Shown here: one piece after another, positions 47,851-61,188 of the stretch
Layout of the letters: every line of letters begins with the position of its first letter
Position numbering within the stretch: position 1 is the stretch's first letter
NCBI RefSeq assembly: GCF_004010195.1
Contig: NC_057710.1
Coordinates: forward strand, 137,336,503-137,400,502
DNA length: 64,000 nt
Source: Chiloscyllium plagiosum
Taxonomy: Eukaryota
Direction of reading: 5' to 3'
Program-made: the position numbers and the translations under genes
The notes under the pieces: generated by a model
What the model was told of the DNA's origin: nothing
The model's database searches: none
The model's input: only the letters and a program-made list of their open reading frames with translations

Positions 47851-47971
47851 CATCACTTCACCTGACGAAGGGACTGAAAGTTTGTGATTTCAAATAAACC
47901 TGTTGGACTATAACCTGGTGTCGAGTGATTTCTGACTTTTGTCCACGCTAGTCCTACACAGGCATCTCCAC
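47851..47971 (+). mobile_element. PLE family B mini-insertion with damaged hammerhead
   Basis: tcac-CTGACGA-agggact-GAAA-gttt-gtga (stem II shortened); TSD atcatg(t/g)ctt at 47841-47850 and 47972-47981. Confidence 0.7.
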
Positions 47972-47999
47972 ATCATGGCTTTCCATAAATGAGCCAATG

Positions 48000-48700
48000 T
48001 CAACATTCTTGAAAACTATTATCTCATCTCCAAGCTCCCTTTCCTCATGGTGAACTTGGACATGTTGCCACGTTTCGACTCTGCCTCCATCTCTCCCAGA
48101 ATTCCATGCTTTGCCTCTCTAATATTCTGTGACTGTGACAAAGGTAAACTATCTTTTCTTGCCCTGTCAGCCACGACAAAGGCTACAGACCACACCATTA
48201 TCCTCCAATGCCTTTGTATTGTTGTCTAGCTATGAGAGACTATCCTTACGTGGTTGCACTGTTATCTCATTGCAGCCACAAATCATTTACAATGGTTTAT
48301 CTTCTTTCTCCAATACCAGTGGCTTTGATGTTCCACAAGTATCTATCCTTTGTCCCGCCTATCTTTCATTTACATGCTGCACTTTTGCAACATCCTGCAA
48401 AGGCGCAGTGTTAATTTTCTCACTCTCAACTTCCAGCTCCTTCTCTCCACGATTTATTTCAACTTCTCCAATGATCAGAATGCTTCTCTGATATCCAGTA
48501 CTGGATGAGCAGAAACTCCCCCATTTAAGAACCAGAGGCATTGTTCTCCACAAACAATGGAGAAGCTATCACTTTCTGTCCCCAATCCAAACCCAATTTC
48601 CTCTCCCTGGCAACTGTCCTGAGAATAAACCAAATCTGTTTGCAGCCCTGGTGTCACATTTGAGCCAAATGCCCAAATTCATGTCACATGTATTTTACTG
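48000..48700 (+). mobile_element. Old L2 LINE RT remnant
   Basis: gaccacaccattatcctccaatgcct, gatgttccacaagtatctatcctt, cagccctggtgtcacatttgagcc. Confidence 0.55.
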
Positions 48701-49309
48701 AGATAATACCTTGAGGGGGCTGGCTGCATATGCTGTATTGCTGAGCATTCAATTAGAACTTGAATTGGTACCAGGTTCGAACTGATGTTAGGAAGGTGAA
48801 AATAGCACAGGAATGTAGCTGCAGGCACAGCCCATCAAACCTGTCCTATCAATAAGATCAAGGTTTATCATCTAGCTCGACTTTGCTGCATTATCTACAT
48901 GTTTCTTAATGTCATTAGCCTCTAGAATCTATTTCTGTCTCAAAAATGCTCAATGATTAAGCTTGCGTTGGCTCTGGAGTAGAGGATTCCAAAGTTTCAC
49001 CATGTGGCAAAATGTTCAAAGTCTCCAGTGAGGAAAGGGAGCTTGGAGACGGGATGCTAGTTTGCAAGAATGTTAACACTAACTCATTTTTAGGAAGTCA
49101 TGATAAAGAAATTCCTCATTTCAGTCTTAAATAATGTATCCCATATTCTTAGACTATGTTCCTTGATTCTAGCCTCCCCAGTCATGGGAAATATCCCATC
49201 TATATCCATGCTGTCACAGGCTGTAAAGATTTTGTGCATTTCAATGAGACCATCTTTCATTCTTTGAAACTCTAGGGAATATCAGCACAGTTTCTTCAAT
49301 CATTGACCT

Positions 49310-50120
49310 TCCTTCCATTATAAAGGCAGAAGTGGGGATATTTGCTGCAATGTTCAGTCCCATTTGTGACTCCTCATATTGAAGCAATCCACATCAATAT
49401 GCAGCATAACTTAGACAATATCCAGGTTTGGACTAACAAGTGGCAAGTTACATTTTTGCCACACAGACAATGGCCATCTCGTACACGAGAAAATCTTTGT
49501 TGCGCCTGAACCTTCAATGGCATCACCGTCCGAATGCTCTCCCTTTCAATACCCTGGAGGGTACCAGGAAACAAACTGCTGATAAAGGCAGGTCAGCTGT
49601 AAGGAATTCTGTGGTAACTAAATCACCTGTTTCCCCAAAGCCTGACAACCATTGGCAAGGCACAACTCAGGAATGTGGTGGAATACTTCCTACTTGCCCG
49701 GATGGGTACAACTCCAAAAATACTCCAGAAACACAACCCATCAAGGGGAAAGCACCTCGCTTGACTGACATTCCATCCACCATCTTCACCAGTCACTCCT
49801 TTCACTACTGATGGACAGAGGCAAAAGTGTGAACCATCTACAAAATGCACCACAGTAACTTACCAAGACTCCCCTGGCAGCACCCTCCCAATCCAGAAGG
49901 ACAACACATGCATGGGAACACTACCACCTCCAAATCCCCGTCCTCCACTGTGCTGGGTCAAAATCTTGGAATTCCTTCCCAAACACCATAATAGCTATCA
50001 CAACACCCCAAGGGCTGTAGAGATTCAAGAAAAGACAGCTTATTATCAGCTGCCCGGCAATTAGGGATGGGCAATAAATGCTGGCCTTGGCATCCACATC
50101 CCTTCAATGAATGGAAAAAA
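49310..50120 (+). mobile_element. CR1/L2-group LINE 3' fragment
   Basis: Tail ggcaattagggatgggcaataaatgctggccttggcatccacatccc. Confidence 0.7.
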
Positions 50121-50475
50121 ACCCCTCTTCTCACAAGACAATCCCACTATACCAGGATCAGTTTGGTGAACCTCCATTGCACTTTCTACAACTATATCCT
50201 TCATTAGGTAAGAAGGCCAAACTGTACACTGTAATTCCAGCATTAGTCTCACCAATATATTTGCAGCCAGACATTTTACTTTTGGATTCAAATTTCCTTG
50301 TGTTACCATTTGCCTTCCTATTGATTGTTGCACACTAACTTTAGGATTTGGACCCAGGTCCCTTGGATACCACACTTCCTGCCCTCTCTATATTCGTTCA
50401 CATTATATTTCATTTTCCATATTTTTCAGCATTCACTACTCCCAATCCTAGTCTCAGAGACAGTCCCAGAGATTG

Positions 50476-50571
50476 TCAATTTTCCTGCTCCTCGGATGCT
50501 GCCTGACTGCTGTGCTTTTCCAGCACACTCTAATCTTGACTGATCTCCAGCATCTGCAGTACCCACTTCTA
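50476..50571 (+). mobile_element. 96-bp PLE family A mini-insertion beginning at the hammerhead cleavage region
   Basis: TSD cccagagattg (50465-50475, 50572-50582); body tcaattttcctgctcctcggatgctgcctga...ctccagcatctgcag. Confidence 0.8.
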
Positions 50572-51219
50572 CCCAGAGATTGAGAGGAAGATTTAAGGAG
50601 ACTGTGGCAACTTACAATCCCATGTAGTTTTGTGGTGTCCCACCAGAGATTGCTCGTCATAGAGGCAACATTTATTTGAAGTCTGCAATGACTAGCATCA
50701 TTTTGCAACTGCTTGTAAAATCCAGACCATTTCCTTTGGTCACAACTACTAACTCTGACCGCTAATACCAATTCAATCATCCTCTCTGTTCCTCTTTCAG
50801 GGTGAACCAGACAGTTATCAACTTTGGTATCCAACTCAGCTCCAGCTGAACTTCCTCTCGCATATGGTCTCATCACAAAGACTGCCTACTGACACCTCAT
50901 CCTATCACCTGCTGTTACCCAGGTCTCAGTCCATTTCCCCTTATCACCTTGCAGCTACCATCTTCAGATTCCACAATACTCACTTAAACTCACATCCCAA
51001 TACTGTAAGCTGCAGCTCATCTACAACTTGGTGTCCAGATTCTAACGTATAGCAAGTCCTTTTAAATCATTTTTGTTGACCTACACCAGCCCCGGTACCC
51101 AATGCCTTCCATTTAAAACTCCCATCCTAAAGTCCCATTTGTGGCTTCTCTCATCTCTAGTTCTGTAACTGACTTTGGCATGACTTCTCTTCATCCACTC
51201 CAATTCTGAACTCTCAAAT

Positions 51220-51560
51220 AAAAGCAAAATAGTGCACATGTTGGAAATCCAAAACAAACAAATATAATGCTGGAGAAACTCAGCAGATCTGGCAGCACCT
51301 GTGTAGAGACAAACAGAATTAACATTTCAGGTCCAGTATCACTTTCTCAGAACTAAAAGGTGCTGGAAAACGGTATACCCATCTTCAAAAGTTCTACATT
51401 TCTCTCTGACAGGATTTCAAAAGTATTAACAAAACTATCTTCTAACACCTTTCAATTCTAAACAAGAGTCGTGTCAGACTCAAACATTAACTCTGATTCT
51501 CTCTCCACAGATTCTGCAAGACTGGTGGAATTTCTCCAACATTCTCTGTTTGTTTCCAAT
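51220..51560. mobile_element. Old fold-back PLE terminal repeat
   Basis: Inverted arms tgctggagaaactcagcagatctggcagc...attaacatttc / aaacattaactctg...tttctccaacattctctg. Confidence 0.6.
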
Positions 51561-51641
51561 TTTGAACTCTGCTCCTCTGGCACTGGCCTCATCTGCGTTT
51601 CCTCCCTTCCAACTCTTCACTGGCAGCCCTGGCTTGAAAAG

Positions 51642-51819
51642 ACGTCACACGACACCAGTTTATCGTCCAACAGGTTTATTTAAAATCACAAGTCAGTTGA
51701 AGTGATGAAGGAGCAGTGCTCCGAAAGCTTGTGATTTTAAATAAACCTGTTTGACTATAACCTCGTGCCCTGTGACTTGCGACTCTGTCCAGCCCAGTCC
51801 AACAATGGCATGTCCACAT
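51642..51819 (+). mobile_element. Fold-back PLE family B insertion
   Basis: TSD cttgaaaag (51633-51641, 51820-51828); inverted arms acaggtttatttaaaatcacaag / cttgtgattttaaataaacctgt. Confidence 0.8.
51702..51730 (+). ncRNA. Hammerhead motif, PLE family B (5' C of core lost at the fold-back junction)
   Basis: gTGATGA-A-GGAGC-agt-GCTCC-GAAA-GC-TT: 5-bp stem II, palindromic AGCT stem III. Confidence 0.6.
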
Positions 51820-51954
51820 CTTGAAAAGTAATTCACTGTTATAAAACGCTTTGCAATCCCATGAGGACATGAAAGACATTATATCAATGCAAGTTCTTTC
51901 TTTTCACAGTTATCAAACTGTCTTCAAGGTTTAACCGAAGCAACTGCTTGGAGG

Positions 51955-53250
51955 TCAAAGAACATTATAGCACAGGAACAGGCCCTTCAGCCCTCCAAGC
52001 CTGCACCGATTCAGATCCTCTATCTAAACCTGCGGCCTATTTTCTAAGGATCTGTATCCCTCTACTCCCTGTCCATTCATGTACCTGTCTAGATACATCT
52101 TAAATGATGCTATCGTTCCCACTTCTACCACCTCTACTGATAACACATTCCAGACATCCACCACCCTCTGCGTAAAGAACTGTCCACATATATCTCCCCT
52201 AAACTTTTCCCCTCTCACTTTGAACTCGTGACCCCCAGTAATTGAGTCCTCCACGCTGGGAAAAGGTTTCTTGCTATCTACCCTGTTTATACCTCTCATG
52301 ATTGTGTAGGCCTCAATCCGGTCCTCCCTCAATCACCTTCTTCCCAATGAAAATAATCCTAATCTACTCAATCTCTCCTCATAGCTTTCATCCTCGATAC
52401 TAGGCAACTTCCTGGTGAACCTCCTCTGCACCCTCTCCAAAGACCAGAACTGTATGCAGTATTCCAAATGTGGCCAATCCAAACTCTTATACAACTGTAA
52501 CATGACCTGCCAACTCTTGATCTCAATACCCCGCCCAATGAGGGAAAGCATGCCCTACTGACCTGCGTTGCCACCTTCAGGGTACAATGGACCTGACCAC
52601 CCAGATCTCTCTGTAAATCAATTTTCCCGAGGACTTTTCTATTTACTGTATAGCTCATTCTGGAATTGCATCTTCCAAAATGCATCACCTCACATTTGCC
52701 CGGTTTGAACTATATCTGCCATTTCTCTGCCCAACTCTCCAATCTATCTAGATTCTGCTGTAATCTCTGACAGTCCCCTTCACTATCTGCTACTCCACTC
52801 ATCTTAAGTGTCACCTGCAAACTTGCTGATGATCACAAACAACAGTGGTCCCAGCGCAGATCCCTGTGGGACACCACTGGTCACAGGTCTCCATTTTGAG
52901 AAGCTCCCTTCCACCACTACTCTCTGCCTCTTGTCGCCCAACCGGTTCTCTATCCATCTAGCTAGAACACCCTGAATACCATGCAAATTCACCTTCTTCA
53001 TCAGTCTACCATGGGGAACCTTATCAAATGCCTTACTAAAGTCTTCATCAATCAACTTTGTCACCTCTTCAAAGAATTCTGTTAGGTTTGTAAGACATGA
53101 TCTTCCCTGCACAAAATCATGCTGTCTGTCACTGATAGGCACTTTCTTCCAAACGGTTATATTCGATCCCTTAATATCTTCCTTTCCTACCACTGACATG
53201 AGGCTCACAGGTCTGTAATAATCTGGATTATCCCTGCTACCATTCTTAAA
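51955..53250 (-). mobile_element. CR1 LINE 3' part
   Basis: [60 protein letters not shown]. Confidence 0.92.
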
Positions 53251-55114
53251 CTGTGAAGTGAGTGTTCACTACCATAACTGTTCCTTGTTACACAAAGCTC
53301 AATTTTAAAAATATACAGAATTCAGAAATTTAGAAGTTTAGCCAAACAGCAATCCTTGTACCAGACAAGAAAATAAAAGTTAACATTTTGGGAGTGGACT
53401 TGTATACACACTGAGGATACAGATCTGACATTGGTAGCTCAGTACAAGTTTCAATCTTGAATGTTATTCAACTAAAGTGAATTTCCAACAAAATTTTGTT
53501 TCATGAAAATAACATCAGGTGACAACTAACATGCCAGAGGGAATTTTCAAAACAGTCGCTAATCAAGTATGGAGTAAGACAGGAGGCAGTTTACAGGTTA
53601 AGGGTTAAAATGAATTTAATGACTGTAAGGAGCAGAATATTCAAGTTCTCTCAGGACTTAAATGACCTTATTCATTTATGAAATAATTAAAGCATTTCAC
53701 TGTTCCCTGGTTCTTCTTCTACATTTTAATTCTTCAGCAATTTCAGAGCAATGAAAACTCGATTTTCACATGTAAAGTATCACAAACGCTACCATGCAGT
53801 GATGTATTACTTTGCACATCCTTTTGCTAGTGATATCAAAATTAATTTCACAATCCAAAGGAAAAATAACTCAAAACACAACACTGTAACAGAAAACAAG
53901 ATAAAGCCCAAGAGACTAAGATGATTTCAACCAGGAAGAAACCAACGACTTAATTGCGAAAGTTAAACAGAAAAGTTAAAAATCATTTTAACTCAGACTT
54001 TAAATATTTATCACACACATACAATTTTGTCCAGTTGTTCTAATATCATGACTGTTTAAAACACCAAAGAGCATATCAAAAGGATTGGGTCTCTGATAAA
54101 CCGACAAGTGCATTCCCAATGAATTACTTTGGCACAGCTTAATGTGCAGATTTTAGATCTGCAATTTTGAAAATAAATATCATTGGCACCATAAATACTT
54201 CACACTATTATCAAAATTATAACTCTTTGAACGAATTGCACCAAAACCACTCCAAGTCAACCAGGCCTAGTTTTTGCATTTTTAATTAAAAATTGTCACC
54301 AAAATAAAATTAGAACCAATACCTACAAATAACTTCAGAAGTGGGTTGTGGGTATTAAACATATAGTGCTCTGATCTACACTTTAAACAAAAAAAAGTGC
54401 AGTTTAGGCCCAGTACTTTCCTTCAGGTTAAATTTGAAAAGTTGTACAGACACATTGCAGTGTGACTGGAACAGGTTTAATATATAAAAAAAAATTGTCT
54501 TCTCAGAAACGTTTGGTGCAACAGACAAAGTTTACACATAATGAAGAAGCCACCAGAAATAATTTTTTTTGAAAAAAAAAAGCAGCCTTTCTTGTTTGGA
54601 GGGAGGGTTGACATTTTCTGTTTGATGAATTTCTGTTTTGCTCCAGGCCTCAAAATGTCCACCGAGTCTCCATTTGAGCAGCAGCCCACTCAGGGTGAGC
54701 TCTTGCTGAAGGACTTCCTCAGATTGCTCCCTGGCAGCAAACATGGGGTCAGAGCGTGCGACAAGCTCGCCCCAAAAAAAATACACACACAGATCTCTAA
54801 TGCATCTGACGATTCTCTCGAGAGACAGTATACCTGAGGAATTACCTTTCTCTCTCTCTCTCTGTTGTTACTGAATTTCCAGGCTACACTCCTGCTGCAG
54901 TTACCATTCCCCACACGCAACGCACAACTACAATCTGCTCTACAGCACCACATAGTGGTGGCCTCACTCTGCACCTTTACCAACTGGCATCTTCCCTCCC
55001 CTCTTGCTGTAGCAGGTTATTTGATGGGGAAACCCATCTCCAGTACTGAGTTAACACCCCTGGCCTTCCACAGAGATATTTGACACTTTTATTTCCTTTT
55101 ATTTGATCACCGTT

Positions 55115-55800
55115 TGATTAGATTAGGCGTGGAAACAGGCCACTCGGACCAACAAGTCCACACACCGACCCTCCAAAGAGCACCCCACCCAGACCCATTC
55201 TTCTACAATTGAACAGGCTGGCAGATGAGAATATTGCTTTTTCAAAGTTTGGATCTTAAGAAATTTTTTTTTTGGGCAGCACGGTGGGTCAGTGGTTAGC
55301 ACTACTGCCTCACAGCGCCCAGGACCTGGGTTCAATTCCAGCCTTGGGCTGGAATTTGCACATGTGTGGAGTTTGCACATTCTCCCTGTGTCTCTGTGGG
55401 TTTCCTCCAGGTGCTCCAGTCCAACACCGGCATCTCCAAATCAGGTCTGGGTGGGTTACTCTTCGGAGGGTCAGCGTGGACTTGGTCCAAAGGACCTGTT
55501 TCCATACGGGTAGCATGGTGGCTCAGTGGTTAGCACTGCTGTCCTATAGTGCCAGGGACCCAGGTTCAATTCCTGCCTCAGGCAACTGTCTGTGTGGAGT
55601 TTGCATATTCTCCCCACATCTGCGTGGGTTTTCTCCCACAGTCCAAGAGGTGCAGGTTAGGTGAATTGCCTGTAGTATTATGTGGATTAGTCAGGGGTAA
55701 ATATGGGGAATGGGTCTGTGTGGGTTGCTCTTTGGAGAGTCGGGGTGGACTTGTTGGCCGAACAGCCTGTTTTCACACTGTAGGAAATCTAATCTAATCA
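55115..55800. mobile_element. Cluster of three V-SINE pieces (minus tail 55115-55200; plus copies 55274-55505 and 55508-55800)
   Basis: Two A/B-box heads with V-domains; PLE family B tail at 55415-55443 inside the first plus copy. Confidence 0.85.
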
Positions 55801-56847
55801 AACTGGCAATCAAATGATTCTCCACCTGCTCCTAGGTCCAAATGGGCCATCATAGTGGTTGAATCACTACTGTTCTTTATCGGGGAGGATGTAATCCTAG
55901 AACGTTTGGGTTTTAATCACTGCACGGATGGTACCAGGCCAGTGGATGAGAATATTTTATATTACTTATTCATAAGATGTGAGCAAATTTTGCAAGACGA
56001 GCAATTGTTCGCCATCTGCAATGGCCTTTGAGAAGGTGATGGTGAGGTACATCCACAAAGCTGTTAGGGAGGGAGTTTCAGGATCTTCAGTGACACTGAA
56101 GCAACAGGGTGTTGTGTGGTTTGGAGAGAAACTTGCAGCTACTGTTGTCTCCATCATTCATTGTTCAGCCCGAACTGCCCTTGAAAAAGTGGTGCTGAGT
56201 TGCCTTCTTGAACCACTGCCGTTTTTCTTAGATAGGTAAAATAAAGACAGTGTGCATCTGCAGTACATCTTGCAAACGGGATAAACCAGTGATGAAGGGA
56301 GTAAATATATAAGATGATGGATGGGAGCTGTCTAGTGACCCAGTTCTAACTCTAATTTCTCTCCACGAATGCTGCCAACCTACTGAACTTTTCCAGCAAT
56401 TTCTGTTTTTGTTTCTGATTTCCAGCATCTGCAGTTCTTTTGGTTTTTATGTTAAAACTGTTTCATGTGATTCTCCATCCATTTACAGTATCACCTTAAT
56501 CACTATCCTCACGCTGCTCTTGATTATGAAAATGTCAATCAAATCTCTTAGTCATCTTCTCTCCAAGGAAAACAATCCAAGTTCTCCAATTTTAGCTCGT
56601 AACTGAAGTGTCTCATACCTGGAACCATTCTCGTTAACCTCTTCTGTACTGTCTCCAAGACATTCACATCCTGCCTATAATGTGGCACCCAGAACAATGC
56701 ACATAAGCGAGGAAGTCTAATCAGTTTCTTATATAAGGTAATCATAACCTTACTGTTGTTAAACATTATATCCATATTTATGTATTTATTAACAGCTCTG
56801 TCTACCTGTCTTGCCTCCCTTAATGAATGACGTACATGTAAACTTGG

Positions 56848-57032
56848 CAAAAGTGAGGACTGCAGATGCTGGAAACCAGAGTTTAAATCAGAGTGGTGCT
56901 GAAAAAACACAGTAGGTCAGGCAGTATCCGAGGAGCAGGAAAATCGGGCTTTTGCCCGAAATGTTGATTTTCCTGCTCTTCGGTTGCTGCTTGACCTGCT
57001 ATACTTTTCCAGCACCACTCTGATCTAAATTG
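56848..57032. mobile_element. Fold-back PLE family A insertion inside an old CR1
   Basis: 13-bp TSD catgtaaacttgg (56835-56847, 57033-57045); inverted arms of about 65 bp hinged on gggcttttgcccgaaa. Confidence 0.88.
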
Positions 57033-57099
57033 CATGTAAACTTGGTCCCTCTACTTCCACACATCCTCAAGAATAATATCCTTCGACTGAATCTTACCA

Positions 57100-58000
57100 G
57101 AAATTGGTTAAGGGTCAGTTTGCCAAGTTTCACAAAGCATTTCTCTGCATGAGCCGCTATCTCCCAAAATTACCTCATTACTATGCACCCCAATGTGCTG
57201 CCATCACCTTATATTCTCCTACTCTCTGCAGGTGGAATTTCTCACCTCTGCAAGAGTAACCTAGGATCCATGGCACAAACAAAGCTCAGCCTTGCAGCCA
57301 GTCAAGTGTTGACAATCCGGAGTTGCCCTTCACCATGTGCATGGTGGGAGAACAACCTCAAACTAACACTACTCAGGGCAGGTCAGTGGCATGGCTGATA
57401 CTTCATTGCATGTACAAGTGTTATTACATTTTTTGCTGTTTAAAAGTCAAGCCATTGGGCTTACACATTCCGCAGTCGCATCCCATCTGATAGCTTTGTC
57501 TAAGTCTTTCCCCAAAACCCAGTGTTTTATCTTTGTTCAATGTGGGACCATTACAAATAGAAAAGCCTTCAATTGCTTCAAAGCACTCACTTCTATTCAC
57601 CTCCAGCAAAAGTGAATTAAAAACAAACAAACAGAAGCTGTGTTTGCCTTTTGGAACAGAAATGCACTGCTTGCCTTTTGAGCAACAGCATATTCACTGT
57701 CAGTGTGTGATTATTGCACATAGCTCACATGTACTGGAAACAGCTGTCAAGTAACTCCTGTCTGGCTTGTTGCACTTGGCACTGCTGTGCTCTACCATGC
57801 AGATGATATACTTCCTGCTGAATGGCTTTATTTTTCTATTTAAAAAGACTGTTCCCACCCTTCTATCTCTTCCTTCAGTGTCCATCACCTCACCTCTTTG
57901 CCTACTCTGGTGTGCAGAGCATAGCATTATGTGCCACACTCTGTCTAAGTGTACTGCAAGGCACCCGCCCATCTACTGCTGGGATAGAATGGCCATTCCT
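57100..58000 (-). mobile_element. Probable PIF/Harbinger transposase relic
   Basis: Minus-strand remnants resembling HARBI1 motifs GDxCGxSQSSAHKCIxxVT (near 57740-57815) and GDKGYPLQRW (near 57240-57270); heavily decayed. Confidence 0.4.
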
Positions 58001-58267
58001 TCAGTTCCTTTCACTGCAGTTGACATACTTCAGTGATGGTGTTCCAGGACATGCACAGTCTGCACTGTCACTGGGCCTCACTCATTCAGAGGAATTCCCA
58101 TCAAAAGCAATAGACTCAGCCCCTTCTATCCCTCCTTCACATCCCGAGGGGCCATTCAGCTGTGAGTGAGCTTCACATTAATTCTCTCGAGCAGCAGCTG
58201 GAGGGAGCTGCTGCTCCTGGGTTTGGTAGAGCGTTTGTTCCTCCTCCATATCTCAGAGCCTTTGTTA

Positions 58268-59115
58268 AGACCATAAGACAATAAGAAATAGGAGTGGAAG
58301 TAAGGCTATTCAGCCCATCGAGTCCACTCCGTCATTCAATCATGGTTGATGGGCATTTCAATGCCACTTACCCGCACTCTTCACATATCCCTTAATTCCT
58401 TGTGAGATTAAGAATTTATCAATCTCTGCCTTGAAGACATTTAACAGCCCGGCCTCCACTGCGCTCCGTGACATTGAATTCCACAGGCCCACCACTCTCT
58501 GGCTGAAGACATGTCTCCTCACTTTTGTTTTAAATTGACCCCTCGAATTCTAAGGCTGTGCCCACGGGTCCTACTATCCCCGCTGATGGAAACAATTTCC
58601 CAGTGTCCACCCTTTCTAAGCCATGCATCATCTTGTAAGCTTCTATTAGATCTCCCCTCAACCTTCTGAACTCTAACGGATATAATCCTAGGATCCTCAG
58701 CTGTTCACCGTATGTTAAGCCTACCATTCCAGGGATCATCCTTGTGAATCTCCGCTGGACACGCTCCAATGTCAGTATGTCCTTCCTGAGGTGGGGGGAC
58801 CAAAACTGGACACAATATTCTAAATGGGGCCTAATCAGAGCTTTATAAAGTCTCAGTAGCACATCACTGCTTTTACATTCCAATCCTCTTGAAATAAATG
58901 ACAACATTACATTTGCTTTTTTAACCACGGACTCAACCTGCAAGTCAACCTTTAGAGAATCCTGGACTAGCGCTCCCACATCCCTTTGTACTTAGGCTTT
59001 ATGAATTTTCTCACCGTTTATAAAATAGTCCATGTCTATGTTCTTTTTTCCAAAGTGCAAGACCTCGCATTTGCTCACATTGACCTTCATCAGCCATTTC
59101 TTAGACCACTCTCCT
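58268..59115 (-). mobile_element. CR1 LINE 3' part (relatively young)
   Basis: 149-aa open stretch LYKALIRPHLEYCVQFWSPHLRKDILTLERVQRRFTRMIPG; tail ttcttattgtcttatgg. Confidence 0.92.
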
Positions 59116-59219
59116 GTGTTGCATCACAGTAAATCCGCTGCTGTGTCTAAGCACTTCTGTCACATTGGCACTTTGGATGTGGCTCAACCAGTCTCAATAG
59201 CTTATCAGCTGTAACTACT

Positions 59220-60480
59220 AACAATTTATACAAAAATTCTTCCTTATCAATTTCAAACCCACCTGGTGATTGAATGCTCTTCTGTCACCTTGGCATGGGT
59301 AACATCTGCCTTGTAATTCGAGAGAAAAAGATGAAAAATATTCATTTAACAAATCAACCATGTTTCCTGCCTTTAAATGTAAATCCTCTTTCTTGCTGTA
59401 ATTGACCATACTCCACTTTTTAACACCCTTTCACTATTAAAGATCTTATAGGAGACTTTGGGATTTCCTTTCTGTTAGCTGTCAGTCTTTTGTTTTATAA
59501 TTCCTCTTTGCTTTCTAACCTCCCCTTCTTTTGCATTCACCTTGTCCTCAGCTGTATTTACTATCTAACACTTGTCATAAGCACATTTTTTCTGCTTTAA
59601 CTTGATTCTCTCTCCTTTGACATCCAGAGAACTTTAGACTTGTTAGTCCTACCTTCTCCTTTTGAAGGAATATACCTCGACTGTGCCCAAGACTATCTTC
59701 TCTTTGAAGGTAGCCTGGTGTTCAGCTGCTGTTTTTCCTGCAAACCCATAGGTCCAGTCTATCCAGCCAGTCTCTGTTCTTGGCCAAGTGAAGTCTGTTT
59801 GTCAGTTGATTGTTCTTTCTCTGCATTGACCACTGTCATATTCCACCATCGTCCCAAACCTTATCATATAATGGTCATTGTCCCTTAAATGTTCCTTACT
59901 GTCACTTGATCTCATTTCCAAGAATTACGTCTAGCAGTGTCTCCATTATTGTTGAACAGGACACATGTTGATGTAGGAAATTCTCCTAAATACAATCTAG
60001 GAATGCTTATCCCTCACTGCCCCTTACACTAACATATATGTGTATTTAAAGCCCTCCGTTATAACTATCCTATGACATTTACAACTATCTGTAATTTCCT
60101 TGCTGATTTATTCCTTGCTGGTGTTCTATATATTGCACAAAGCATTTGCCAAATCAGTTCTGTCTTGAACGCTCTGAAACATCCTCGTTCTCCAGTATTC
60201 AATGCTCTTCTGAACCAAAAACGTAACCCCTCCTCCTTTTTCTCGGTTCCTATCTTTACTGATCATCTTGTGACCAGGAATTTTTAACACTTAGATCAGC
60301 CCTTCCTTAGGACAGGTCTCTGTTATTGCTGCAAGGCAATCTGTGCCTGTAACTCCTACAAGGCAATCTGTGCCTGTAACTCCATAATCTTATTAACTAT
60401 ACACCGTGCATTCACATACACGCAGTTAGCCCTGATTTAGATTATAATCACATTGTCCCTTACTCTAACTCCATCTATTA
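59220..60480 (-). mobile_element. Old CR1 ORF2 (endonuclease/linker) remnant
   Basis: MVDLLNEYFSSF and gggacaatgaccattatatgataaggttt (DH motif) on minus. Confidence 0.55.
60332..60383. repeat. 27-bp tandem duplication
   Basis: caaggcaatctgtgcctgtaactcc twice, separated by ta. Confidence 0.9.
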
Positions 60481-60888
60481 ACTATCTTTACTCAGCGAGT
60501 CATGAGTTCATGAAATGCCCTGCCAGTAGCAGTGGTGGACTCTCCCTCTTTATGGGCATTTAATCGGGCATTGGATAGGCATATGGAGGATAGTGGGCTA
60601 GTGTAGGTTAGGTGGGCTTGGATCAGTGCAACATCGAGGGCCAAAGGGGCTGTATTGCGCTGTATTTTTTTTCTATGTTTCTATGTTCGCTATCTTTGTT
60701 GTCTGCCTCTCCCAGCATTTCCCAGTATTAGTCTCTAATATAAACTGAGTTGGTTTAAACCCTCATCAAATATTCTTGCAATAATGCCTTGCAAGGAACT
60801 CAGCCCCAGCTCAATTCAGATGTAACCCATCACCTTGCATCTCTCCTAAAACCTGCCCCAGGAATCTAAAGTTCTCCTTCCTACAGCA

Positions 60889-61188
60889 GCGGCATGGTAG
60901 CTCAGTGGTTAGCACTGCTGCCTCACTGCACCAGGGATCTGGGTTCAATCCCAGCCTTGGGCGACTATCTGTGTGGAGTTTGCACATTTTCCTGTGTCTG
61001 TATGGGTTTTTTCTGGGTGATCTGGTTTCCTCCCGCAGGCCAGGTGAATTGGCTATGCTAAATTCCCCACACTGTTAGGTGCATTAGCCAGAGGGAAATG
61101 GGTGTGGATGGGTTACTCCTCAGAGGGTCAGTGTGGACTTAATGGGCTGAAGGGCCTGTTTCCACACTGTAGGGTATCTAATCTAATC
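60889..61188 (+). mobile_element. HE1-type V-SINE
   Basis: Head, V-domain, tail, ctaat repeat end. Confidence 0.9.

Noticed and set aside
54532-54786. Minus-strand ORF (MFAAREQ...) as SEC24B coding exon 1
   Set aside because: No good phase-1 donor, no resemblance to SEC24 N-termini that I know, and no true CpG island; exon 1 is probably beyond 64000
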